Source of the DNA: Candidatus Caccenecus avistercoris
GTDB lineage: Bacteria; Bacillota_I; Bacilli_A; RF39; UBA660
DNA: 50,252 bases
Direction of reading: 5' to 3'
Assembly (NCBI GenBank): GCA_018716965.1
Contig: DVJF01000036.1
Coordinates: 1-50,252 of the forward strand
Shown: positions 1 to 11,800 of the stretch, piece by piece
Numbering within the stretch: position 1 is the stretch's first letter
Layout of the letters: each line of letters starts with the position of its first letter
The notes under the pieces: generated by a model
Told to the model about the DNA's origin: nothing
Database searches by the model: none
The model's input: only the letters and a program-made list of their open reading frames with translations
Translations under genes and position numbers: made by a program

Positions 1-1127
1 TTGATAATACAGATATATGTAAGCCATATAGTACAAAATTAGAATATTTAGATATGGTAGTAGATGCAAGTGATCCAAAAAAAGAAAAGAAACCAGGATA
101 TCCAGTAGTAAATGCGGTAGTATTAGGAAAGAACAGGAAACAACCTATTCCAGTGTATAGTAGAATAATATCTACTAAAGATCCTGAATTCAAAAGTATG
201 AACAACTATACTTTAGAAAGTATAGCTAAAACATATGAAGCTATAGGGAAATTTACAGGAGTATTTGACCGAGGATATGATGATAAGAAAGTGTTTAGAT
301 ACATGGACAAGCTACAATTAGACTTTGTAATAAGACTTAAAACAAATCGTAATTTTCTATTTAAAGGAATTGCAAAGAATGTGTTGGAGCAAGCGAACAA
401 TAGAAAAGGGAAAATATTATTTACAGCAAAATTCCAAGGAGAAGAGAAAAAACTAACAATCAGTTATACAAGAGTACAAATGACAGATGGAAAACACGAA
501 GAATATACCTGCATATTTGTATATGGATTAGGAGAAGAACCTATGATGTTACTTACAAATAAAAGTGTCAATGATGCCCATGATGCAAGAGTAATAGTTA
601 GATTATATTTAGATAGATGGAAGATAGAACAAATACATAAAGCGGAAAAAAGTGCCTATGGTTATGAAAATATGAGAATAAGAACCCTAAAAGGAATGAA
701 TAACTTAAATTTTGTTTTTATGATGTTACTAGGGTTAATAGCAAAATTAATTGAAGAAATGGATAAAAAATTATTATCAATAAAAATAATGGAAAGAAGT
801 CAGTCATTAAGAGAAGATTTAATTGTATTTGTTGGAATGTTTGCAAGAGGAATAAAAGAGATACTTAGTTATGCTTATACAGGAGTAGCAAGTTTTAAAA
901 AGGAAAAGAAAAAGAGTAAAGACTGTATATTTATAGAACAATTAAGTTTACAAATATAAGTAAAGTGATATAGCGAATATAGATACAAAAAAGCGATAAA
1001 AAAATTGCCAAGTTTTTAGATGTAAGAAAATAGTAAAAATATAATATAAAATCAAATTGGGTTTACATGTAAACCCAAAACATACAAATTTTTGAATTCA
1101 TTTTCATAAAAAACGGAAACTTAAATG
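1..1127 (+). mobile_element. IS4-family insertion sequence, right part
   Basis: Transposase followed by a candidate terminal sequence AAAACGGAAACTTAAATG ending at 1127; left end outside the window, so the inverted repeat cannot be confirmed. Confidence 0.65.
3..959 (+). CDS. IS4-family DDE transposase, 5' truncated by the window edge
   Basis: Frame is open from base 3 (DNTDICKPYS). Motifs VFDRGYD, FVIRLK and YLDRWKIEQIHK (YxxRWxIE). Confidence 0.9.
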   Translation, partial: DNTDICKPYSTKLEYLDMVVDASDPKKEKKPGYPVVNAVVLGKNRKQPIPVYSRIISTKDPEFKSMNNYTLESIAKTYEAIGKFTGVFDRGYDDKKVFRYMDKLQLDFVIRLKTNRNFLFKGIAKNVLEQANNRKGKILFTAKFQGEEKKLTISYTRVQMTDGKHEEYTCIFVYGLGEEPMMLLTNKSVNDAHDARVIVRLYLDRWKIEQIHKAEKSAYGYENMRIRTLKGMNNLNFVFMMLLGLIAKLIEEMDKKLLSIKIMERSQSLREDLIVFVGMFARGIKEILSYAYTGVASFKKEKKKSKDCIFIEQLSLQI

Positions 1128-1212
1128 AAATATATATTTACTAACTGAAAAAAATGTTATATACTTGCATTAGAAGAATATACTGTTATACTTGTATAAA
1201 AGAGGTGATTTT

Positions 1213-1935
1213 TTGAAAAAGTTGATAATAATATTTACAATTTCTTTTATAGTTATTTTAGTTTTTACTTGTGTTACTGCTTTTTTATTAAACAATGATA
1301 GTTCCAGTATCTCGCAAGATAATGTGCAGTACACCCATGATAAAGATGAAGACTTAAATGATCTAAAAAGCGAAGATATTGAACAAAGTAATGATGAAAA
1401 AGTTGAACAATCATCTGACACCCAAGAAAATGAAATATCTAACGAAAATGATATACAAGAAGATGTAAAGAATGAAAACATATCCGAAGAACAAACCTTA
1501 ACTGAAAAAGAAGAACCAATTAAAGATTCTGAAGATACTCAAAATGAAATCCAAAATGATGATACTCCTGTTCTTTCAGTTTGTTCCAATAGTGATAGCG
1601 AATATTTAAGTTTTTTATCTCAATACCAAAAAAATAACCCAACTCATTATGTAGTTAATTCTTTTGAAGAGGCAAAATCATTTGGGGAAAAAGCAATGTA
1701 TGAATATGGTTATGGTTATGAGCAAAATTCTTTACCTGTTATTTTTACTGGTACAAATTGTACTAAAGAAATTTGGTATGTAAGAATATGGGTGTCTAGT
1801 GGCGAATGTTCCATTGATGGAACTTATAATTCTAAAATGTGGTTATCTTCTAGTGATATGGATAATATGGTTGATGTTTTTGATTTTCTGCGGTCAAAAG
1901 GTTATGATTGTGGTACAAAGCATTGGATTTATTAA
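1213..1935 (+). CDS. Membrane-anchored hypothetical protein with acidic linker and Cys-containing C-terminal domain
   Basis: SD AGAGGTGA before TTG at 1213; N-terminal hydrophobic helix; D/E/N/Q-rich linker. Confidence 0.75.
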   Translation: MKKLIIIFTISFIVILVFTCVTAFLLNNDSSSISQDNVQYTHDKDEDLNDLKSEDIEQSNDEKVEQSSDTQENEISNENDIQEDVKNENISEEQTLTEKEEPIKDSEDTQNEIQNDDTPVLSVCSNSDSEYLSFLSQYQKNNPTHYVVNSFEEAKSFGEKAMYEYGYGYEQNSLPVIFTGTNCTKEIWYVRIWVSSGECSIDGTYNSKMWLSSSDMDNMVDVFDFLRSKGYDCGTKHWIY

Positions 1936-1939
1936 ACTG

Positions 1940-1961
1940 AACTCTTTTATAGAGTTTTTTT
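1940..1961 (+). terminator. Weak intrinsic terminator
   Basis: AACTCT-tttat-AGAGTT followed by a T run. Confidence 0.45.
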
Positions 1962-1988
1962 ATTTGAAAAAATAAGGACGGTGATAAT

Positions 1989-4900
1989 ATGAAAAAAAAT
2001 AAATCTTATATATTAAAATTAACTGGAGTATTCTTTTTTATAATGTTTTTTGTAGCATTATCTAGTGTTTATGCTGGTGAAACTAAATTTAATCAAAATT
2101 ATGTGCCAAACTACTTTCATGCACATCAGTCAGGAAATAGTTAATCGAGGTATGGACAAATGGCATCTTGGAGTACTAGTTCTGGTGAGATTTCATATTG
2201 TATTGAACCTAGTGCAACTTTTAGTTCATCTGTTACTTATACTACTTATAGTCATGATGAAAATGATTTGATAAATATGATTAATAATTCTACTGCCAAT
2301 AGTGCTAATAAAATTAATCAAGAGCAACTTGATTTGATAAAATTGATAGCATCATATGGTTATGGTTATGAAAATCATAATACTACTGCTTATCGAATGG
2401 CGACACAAATGTTAATTTGGCGGGTTGTTGATACAAATCAGGTATTTACAAACTTAAACTGTACTGTCCATGATTGTCGTGCTGTATCTGATGAAGAAGT
2501 TGGTGTTGCTGATGAAATGAGTGAAATTATGGCATTAGTAAATAGTCATGATTTAAGACCATCTTTTAATGGTACGACACTAAATTTAAAAATTGGTGAA
2601 ACTGTTTCATTGACTGATGAAAGAAATGTATTAGGTAATTTTATAGTTCAGTCATGTGATAATTGCTCTGCTACTATTTCGGGTAACACTCTACAGCTAA
2701 CTGCCACAAATATTGGCAATTTTACTTTACGACTATCAAAAAAAGTAAGTACTAATTACAATTCAGCAATGTTATTTGCAGTTTCTTCTAGTTCTCAAAA
2801 TCAAGTTGTTGTTGGTTCTATTGATCCAATAATATCCTCAATAAGTGGTACTACTACAGGTGGTAGTGTTGAGGTTTATAAGACTGATAATGACACAAAT
2901 GAACCATTAGATAACATTACTTTTAAAGTATATAAAGATAATCAAGAAGTGTGTGAAATGACTACTAATTCAAATGGTTATGCTAAATGTGATAATTTAG
3001 GAAATGGTACTTTTACTTTAGTTGAAATACAGACTAAGACAGGTTATGTGTTAGATAGTACATCTCGTAATTTTAATATTGATAGTAATAATACAAATGT
3101 TACATTTAATATAACTAATAAAAAAATTACAGGTTCGTTAGAATTAAAAAAGGTTGATAAAGATACTGGTTCTGTTCCGCAAGGTGATGCTTCGTTTGAA
3201 AATGCTGTTTATGGCATTTATAAAACTAATGGTGAGCTTCTTACGACAATTTCTACTAATAAAGATGGTTATGCTTCTATTGATAATATCTATTATGGAG
3301 ATTACTATCTACAAGAGATAACAAGTTCTAGTGGTTATAATCTAGATTCTCAAAAGTATTATTTTAGTATTACTCAAAATAATCAAGTAATTCAACTAAC
3401 TTCTCATGAACCAATTAAGAAGTTTGATTTTAATTTAGTAAAAGTTATGACTGATGGCACTACTGGTGTTATTCAAACAGAAGAAAATGCTGTTTTTGAT
3501 ATTATATTGAAATCTTCAAAAGAAATAGTGGCAACAATTACAACAGACGATAAAGGCTATGCTAGTGTTTCATTACCAGTTGGCAAATATGAAGTATGTC
3601 AAACTGATGGTGATGCTGGTTCAATGATTGCTGATTGCTTTGATATTGAAATAACCAATGATGATATTTATAGAGTTGTAAATAATGGAGTTATACAAGC
3701 AAGATTAAAAGTATTAAAAATTGATTCTGAAACTCAAGAATTAATACCTATAGCTGGAATTCAATTTAAAATTAAGAATTTGGATACTAATGAATATGTC
3801 TGTCAAACTACTGATGTAGTTCAATGTGTTTTTGAAACAAATGATGATGGGGTTCTGATTACTCCTTTACCTCTAAATAGTGGAAATTATCAACTGGAGG
3901 AAGTCGATCAAAAAGTTGATGGCTACTTATGGAATAATGTTACTATTGAATTTTCTATTAATAGTTCTTCTAATTTAACATATGACGATGTATATGGTTC
4001 AATCATAACTTTAGAATTTCCAAATGAAAGAGTTAAAGGCGAAATAATTATTAATAAGTATTTTGAAGATAGTCCTTTAAGTACTCCAAATGTAAAGTTT
4101 GGATTATATGCTAATGAGGATATTTATTTTAATAATGTTTTACAATATAGTAAAGATGAGTTGGTAACAACGATAGAAGTTACAAATGGTAAAGCTATTG
4201 TTAGCAATTTGTATTTAGGAAATTATTATGTAAAGGAGTTATCAATAGATGATGAAAGTTATGTTTTAGATTCTAACATTTATTATATTTCTTTAAATTA
4301 TATAGACCAATATACTCCTATCGTTTCTTTTACTTTAGATATAGAGAATAAATTAAAACGTGGTAATTTGGAAATATTAAAAGTAGATGCTGAAACAAAT
4401 AGTCCTTTAAGCAATGTATCTTTTTCTATCTATGATATGAACGATATTTTAGTTGGTGAAATTACTACTAATGAAGATGGCTTTGCTTATCTTGAAGATA
4501 TAAAATATGGAAAGTACTATATTTTAGAAAGTAAGACTCAAGAGGGTTATATTTTAAATACTGAAAAAGTTTATTTTGAAATAGTAGACGATAATCAAAC
4601 TATTAAGATAGAAATGAATAATACTCCTATTACAGGGGATTTGCAAATTTTAAAAATTGACTCTGAAACAAAGCAATCCCTATCTAATGTGTTGTTTTCC
4701 ATTTATGATATGAATGATACTTTAATCGCTGAAGTTACTACTAATGAGGCAGGTTTTGCCTACCTCGAAGATATAAAATATGGAAAGTACTATATTTTAG
4801 AAAGTAAAACTCAAGAGGGTTATGTTTTAAATAGTGATAGAGTTTATTTTGAAGTAACAGATAACAGTCAAATAATAGAAGTAGAAATGGAAAACACCCC

Positions 4901-5297
4901 TATATATGGTAAACTAGAATTTTTAAAAATTGACTCTGAAACTCAAGAAGCTCTTGCTGGTGTTCATATTGAGATTTATAACATGACCGATGAACTAATT
5001 TATTCAGGCATTACAGATGAGTTAGGTAGATTAGAAGTTATATTAAAATATGGAAGTTATTATCTAATCGAAAAAGAGGCATTAGATGGATATGATTTAA
5101 GGGATGAGGCAATTTATTTTGATATATCCGAGCAAGATCAAGTCATAAGTTTAACTATGGAAAATACTAAGACTGTTATCGATGTACCTATTACAGAGAG
5201 TAATCAAAGTTATTTTCTCGAAATTGCTTGTATATCAATTATATTAATCGCTGGAGGAATTCTATTTTATGAAAGTAAAAATAGGAATAAGAAGTAA
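1989..5297 (+). pseudogene. Sortase-anchored adhesin (thioester domain plus SpaA-like repeats) with in-frame TAA at 2142-2144
   Basis: ATG 1989 encodes a signal peptide in frame with ORF 2160-5297. YCIEP and ATQMLIW thioester motifs, repeated KxD...G.Y.L.E...GY domains, C-terminal VPITE + TM + basic tail. Confidence 0.8.
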
Positions 5298-5892
5298 AAC
5301 TTGTATTCTTCTTATTTTTGGTTCTTTAATAATACTGTGCATCAGAATAGTTCCTTCTTTTTTGACTAGGAGTAGTGAACAAAAAGCTATAATAGAATTT
5401 TACAATAATCAATATGATAATAATGATTATAATGTTATTGAAGAAACTAATTTATTAGATAAAAGTTCTACTGATACGAAAAACAGTCGCTATGATTATA
5501 TTGCTACAATAAAAATTCCTACTATCAATTTGGAACGAGGTTTAGTAAGTATTGATAATACTTATAATAATGTTAAATATAATATCGAAATACTTTCCTC
5601 TTCTTCACAAGATAATATTATTCTTGCAGCTCATTCAGGCAATGCAAGTAATGCTTACTTTAAAGACCTATCTAAATTAACTATTGGTGATACAGTTAGT
5701 TTATTTTATAATAATAAGGAGTATAAATATAATATGGTTTTTACGTATGATATTGAAAAAACAGGTAAAGCTTCATTAATAAAAAGTACAGGAAAAAGCA
5801 CTTTAACTCTTATTACTTGTAGACAAAATACTAATAAACAAATTATAATTGTTTGCGAGTTAGTTGAAATAAAGGATATAAATGGATTATAA
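5269..5892 (+). CDS. Sortase
   Basis: N-terminal TM, IKIPTINL, LAAHSG, TLITC catalytic motif; directly follows the adhesin. Confidence 0.92.
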   Translation: MKVKIGIRSKTCILLIFGSLIILCIRIVPSFLTRSSEQKAIIEFYNNQYDNNDYNVIEETNLLDKSSTDTKNSRYDYIATIKIPTINLERGLVSIDNTYNNVKYNIEILSSSSQDNIILAAHSGNASNAYFKDLSKLTIGDTVSLFYNNKEYKYNMVFTYDIEKTGKASLIKSTGKSTLTLITCRQNTNKQIIIVCELVEIKDINGL

Positions 5893-8800
5893 GAGTGTTT
5901 ATTTTATTTATGAAGAAACCTTAAATTCATTATGTCATGACAAAAATAATTGGTTGCAACTTTTAGATTGTATATCTAATAATTATCTTTATTCATTTTA
6001 TGAGCAAGTGCTTATATACGCACAAAAGCCAACTGCTCAAGCAGTTAAAGAAATTGGTAAATGGAATGATGCTAATCGTTATGTTAATAAAGGAACAAAG
6101 GGAATAGCTCTACTAGCTGAAAGAAATGGTTATCCATATTTAAAATATGTTTTTGATATAGCTGATACTAATAGTAAATTAAAGAGAAAAGTTAATTTTT
6201 GGACTATTCCCTTTTCTTTTGAAAATGATTTAATATCTTCTTTACAGTTTTTAAATGAGAGTAACATTCCCTTTTCTACTTTAGCTGAAGCAATCGTTTC
6301 TAGTTCTAAAGTCGTTTCATCACTTCAAGATAATGATGTTTTGAGTAGCAGTACTGCTTATGTGATTTTAAAAAGATGCAATCTTAATCCTGAAGATTAT
6401 ATGGATTATAATATCTTTAATTCTATTAATCGGAATGATATTGTTAAATTAGGAGTTGAAATTAGTAATAATTCTAAAACTCTTTTATATTTAATTTATC
6501 AAGAAATTCAAAATATTAAAGAAAAAGAAATTGATAAAATTTATATATTTGAAAATAACTTTAAAACATTGTATGATGATAATAATGAAAGGAGCAATGA
6601 TTATGAAAATGACTTACAGAAAAGTTGGCAATTACCAACTACCGAACATTACTCTGCCAACAGCAAAGAAAGTACTCGGAAAATACTCAATAATGAGGTT
6701 GAACTATCTGAAACAGAACAATCAAACATTGTATCAAGAAATGATGATGTCGGGAGAACTAAACCCACATTTGATAGAGGTTCAAACTACAGCGGAACAA
6801 AAATTGGAAGAATTGATACCAATTCTAATGGAACAAGAGAACATTACCGAAGAAATGAAACAGAAAAATCAAATGAAGTGGATACAAAAAATGAACCAAA
6901 TAAAAGCGATGGCAGAGGAAATGATACTTCACGAATTGATTTACAATTAAATAATAATGAGAATGGCAATAGCAATTCTCTTTTTGTTTCTGATAAAAAG
7001 CAATTATCTTTATTTCAAGATAATGGAATTGTCAATTCAGAAGAAACAATACTCTCTGAAAAAGAAATAAAAGATGTAACTAACTATAATTTTAGGTTAG
7101 AACAGGTGGAATATAATTCACTTACCGATACAGAAAAATTTAAAAATAACATTGAAGCTATCAAGGTTTTGAAAATATGCGAAAAAGAAAATAGATTAGC
7201 TTCTTCTGAGGAACAAGATGTTTTATCTAAATATATTGGCTGGGGTGGATTATCTCGATCATTTGAAGAAAATAATGTTTGGAGTAAAGAACTAAAAGAT
7301 TTATTGAATGAAGAAGAATACAATTCTGCAATGGAGTCAACTCTTACTTCCTTTTATACCTCTCCTATGATCATTCAAGCAATTTACAAAGTTTTTCTTA
7401 ATGCAAATATAAAAGTTGGAAAAATTTTAGAGCCAAGTTGTGGTATTGGTAATTTTTTCGGACTTATTCCCGATGAATTTCAAAATAGTAAAATATATGG
7501 TGTTGAAATAGATAGTATTTCTTCAAGAATTGCGAAAAAATTATATCCAAATGTTAATATTATTAATTCAGGATATGAAGATACCGATTTTAAAAATGAT
7601 TTTTTTGATATTGTAATTGGTAATATCCCTTTTTCAGACTATAAGGTTAATGATAAAAAGTATAATAATCTTAATTCTTTTATCCATGATTATTTTTTTA
7701 TTAAATCTTTAGATAAAGTCAAAATAGGTGGAATTATTGCATTTATTACTACTAAAGGAACAATGGACAAAGAAAATTCTGACATTAGAAAATATATTTC
7801 TCAAAGAGCAAATTTATTAGGTGCTATAAGATTACCTGATAATATTTTTAATAATGCTGGGACTAGAGTAACAACAGACATTATCTTCTTGCAAAAAAGA
7901 GAGTTTGTTGAAGAAGTAGACTCTGAATGGTTGTATTTAGATACTGATATTAATGGCATTAAAATAAATAAATATTATGTGGAACATCCTGATATGGTTT
8001 GTGGTAATATGGTAATGGAAACAAGCCGGTTTGGTATGAGATCTGCTTGCAAAATAAATGATAGTTCTTCTTTTGAGAAACAATTAAATAATGCTATTTC
8101 AAAAATTAATATAGATTTATCTAATTATAGATTAGAAAAAGATGTTGAAGATGACGAGTTAAATTTCTTAATTTCATCAAATCTTAATATTAGAAATTAC
8201 TCATACGTTTTAAATGATGATAAAATTTGTTTTTATAAAAATGGCAATATGTATCCTCAAGAGTTAAAGGTAGATACCCAAAATCGTATTAAACATTTAA
8301 TTGAAATTAGAGATTGTACTCGTCTTTTGATTGATTTTCAAGTAAATAATTATAGTGATGAAGATATAAAAAAATTACAGAAAAAATTGAATACACTCTA
8401 TGATAAATTTGTGAAAAAATTTGGCTTAATAAATAATAGAAACAATACTTCAGCTTTTTCTGATGATAGTAGCTTTTATCTACTTTGTTCTTTAGAAGTT
8501 TTAGATGAAAATAAGAATTTCAAAAGAAAAGCTGATATGTTTTTTAAGAGAACTATTAATCCTCACATATCTATATCTCATGTTGATACTGCCCAAGAAG
8601 CTTTAGCTCTTTCTATTTCTGAAAAAGCTCATGTTGATATTCAATATATGTGCGAACTAACTAATTTAGATGGCGAAAAAATAACTAATGATTTAATTGG
8701 ACAAATATTTTTAGTTCCATCTTATGATAGTATTGAAACTTGGCAAACAGCTGATGAATATTTGAGTGGCAATGTGCGAGAAAAATTAAAAGTTGCAAAA

Positions 8801-11800
8801 TCGTTTGCAAAGATTAATCCAAAATATGAAATAAATGTTCAATATTTACAAAATGTTCAACCGAAGGACTTGGAAGTAAGTGAAATTTCTGTTCGTTTGG
8901 GTGCCACTTGGATTCCAACCGATGTTATTGATGAATTTTTATATGATTTATTGGATACACCTCAATATAGAGATATAAATGTGAAATTTGATAAGTATTC
9001 TTCACAGTGGTATATTGAAAATAAAAATAGAGATAGAGGAAATATTAATTCAGAAGAGATTTATGGTACAAGAAGAATTAATGCTTATTATATAATTGAA
9101 GATACGCTTAATTTGAAAAACGTAAAGATTTATGATTATGTTGTTAATAGTGATGGAAAGAAAAAAGCTATTTTAAATATTGATGAAACATCTATCGCTC
9201 AAGCAAAACAACAAGAAATCAAAGAAAAATTTGTTAATTGGATTTGGGAAGATATGGATCGTCGTGAAAGATTATGTAAATTATACAATGAAAAGTTTAA
9301 TAATATTCGTATGAGAGAATTTGATGGTTCTCATATTAGATTTGTAGGAATGAATCCTGAAATCACCTTAAAAGAGCATCAAGTAAATGCAGTAGCTAGA
9401 ATTCTCTATTCAGGAAATACCCTACTTGCACATTGTGTTGGTGCTGGTAAAACATATACAATGGTTGCAGCTGCTATGGAAAGTAAAAGAATTGGGTTAT
9501 GTCATAAAAGTATGTTTGTTGTTCCTAATCATTTGATAGAACAATTTGCTTCAGAATTTTTACAACTATATCCTGCTTCTAATTTGCTGGTTTCGACTAA
9601 AAAAGATTTTGAAGCCAAAAATCGAAAGATATTTACTTCTAAAATTGCTACTGGTGATTATGATGCTGTAATTATTTCTCATAGCCAATTTGAAAAAATA
9701 CCTATAAGCATTGAAAGACAACAGCAATTATTAAAAAAGCAAATTGACGATATTATCATGGGTATTGCTGAATTAAAAAAAAGTGGTGGAGAAAATTTTA
9801 CTATCAAACAAATGGTTAAGACTAAAAAACAACTTGAAACAAAATTAAAAAAGCTTAATGATACTTCAAAGAAAGATGATGTAATTTGCTTTGAAGAGCT
9901 AGGTATTGATAAACTATTTGTAGATGAAGCTCACTATTTTAAAAATCTTTTTTTGTATACTAAAATTCATAATGTTGCTGGTATTTCTCAAACCGATTCA
10001 CAAAGAGCAAGTGATTTATATATGAAATGTCGTTATCTTGATGAAGTGACACATGGTAAAGGAATTGTATTTGCTACTGGAACTCCTATTTCTAATTCTA
10101 TGGTAGAGTTGTATACCATGCAAAGATATTTACAGTATCCCGAACTTGAAAAGAGAGGTTTGCAAAACTTTGATGCTTGGGCAAGTACTTTTGGCGAAAT
10201 AGTCAACTCTATTGAGTTATCTGTTGAAGGTAAATTTCGGATTAAAAACCGTTTTTCTAAATTTTATAATTTACCTGAATTAATTAATTTATTTAAGGAG
10301 GTGGCAGATATCCAAACTGCTGATATGTTAAATCTTCCAACTCCTAAAGCTGTATATAAAAATGTTGTTACTTCCCCTACCCCAGTTCAAAAAGAACTTT
10401 TGCAGGGACTAGTTGATCGAGCTGAAAATATAAGACATAATAAAGTTGATCCTCGAACAGATAATATGTTAAAAATCACTCTTGATGGTAAAAAATTATC
10501 TTTAGATCAACGATTATTAAATGATATGTTACCTGATGATGAAAATAATAAAACTTCAATTTGTGCTAATAATATATATCAAATTTGGAAAGAACATGAA
10601 AATGATAAATTGACTCAATTAGTATTTTGTGATTTGTCTACTCCATCAAATCAATTTAATGTCTATGATGATTTAAGAAACAAACTCATTTCAATGGGTA
10701 TTCCTAAAGAAGATATTGAATTTATCCATAATGCCCAAACTGACAATGATAAAAGAAAACTTTTTTTAAAAGTTAGAAATGGTGAAGTACGTATTCTTTT
10801 TGGAAGTACTCAAAAAATGGGAGCTGGGACGAATTGTCAGGATAAGTTAATTGCTATCCATAATATTGATTGTCCATGGCGACCTAGTGACTTACAGCAA
10901 CGTGAGGGACGTATTATCCGACAAGGGAACCAAAATCCTGAAGCATATGTATATAGATATGTAACTTCTGAAACTTTTGATGCTTATTTGTATCAAACTT
11001 TAGAAAACAAACAAAAGTTTATCTCTCAAGTCATGACTTCTAAAGTAGCATTAAGGAGTATGGAAGATATCGATGAAGTAGTATTATCTTATGCTGAAAT
11101 TAAAGCACTCGCTACTAATAATCCTGAAATTATAGAGAAAATAGACATAGTCAATCAAGTTTCTAAGCTAAAGTTGTTAAAACAGTCTTACTTGAATCAA
11201 AAATATAGCATTGAAAGTAGAATTGCTAAATTTTATCCACAACAGATTGATAATTTAAAAATTCGTCAAAAAGGATTAGAAGAAGACTTTAAAATGCTCA
11301 ATAATAATGAAGTTTCTTTTGATAAAATGGTTATAAATGATATAACGTACTATGATAATATGAAAGCTGGAAGTAAAATTTTAGAGTTATGTAAAAATTT
11401 TAAAAATCCTTTGCAGTTTGGGAGTTATAAGGGATTTAAAATTGGTTTGCAATTTGATTCTTATCATAAGGTATTTGTGTTTACTTTGAGTAATCAACTT
11501 ACTTATAGAGTAAATCTAGGTACTGATGCACTAGGTAATATTACGCGTATCAATAATGTGCTATCTAAAATATCTAACGAGATTATTTTAAATCAGCAAA
11601 ACTTAGATGAAGCTATAAAGCAACTTGAAATTGCTAAACAAGAAGTTCAAAAGCCTTTTCAATATGAACAGGAATTATCTGATAAATTAAAACGTCAACA
11701 AGAATTAAATTTATCGCTTAGTATTGGTTCATCTGATAATAATATTTGTATCGACGATAATGATGAAGTGGAATTGACTGATTATAAAAAGGTTTATGAA

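Noticed and set aside
2142..2144. Alternative genetic code explaining the internal stop
   Set aside because: TAA, TAG and TGA all end well-defined genes elsewhere in the window.
2065..2271. 68-aa alternative-frame ORF as a frameshifted adhesin N-terminus
   Set aside because: The signal peptide is already in frame with the main ORF; the lesion is a stop codon, not a frameshift.
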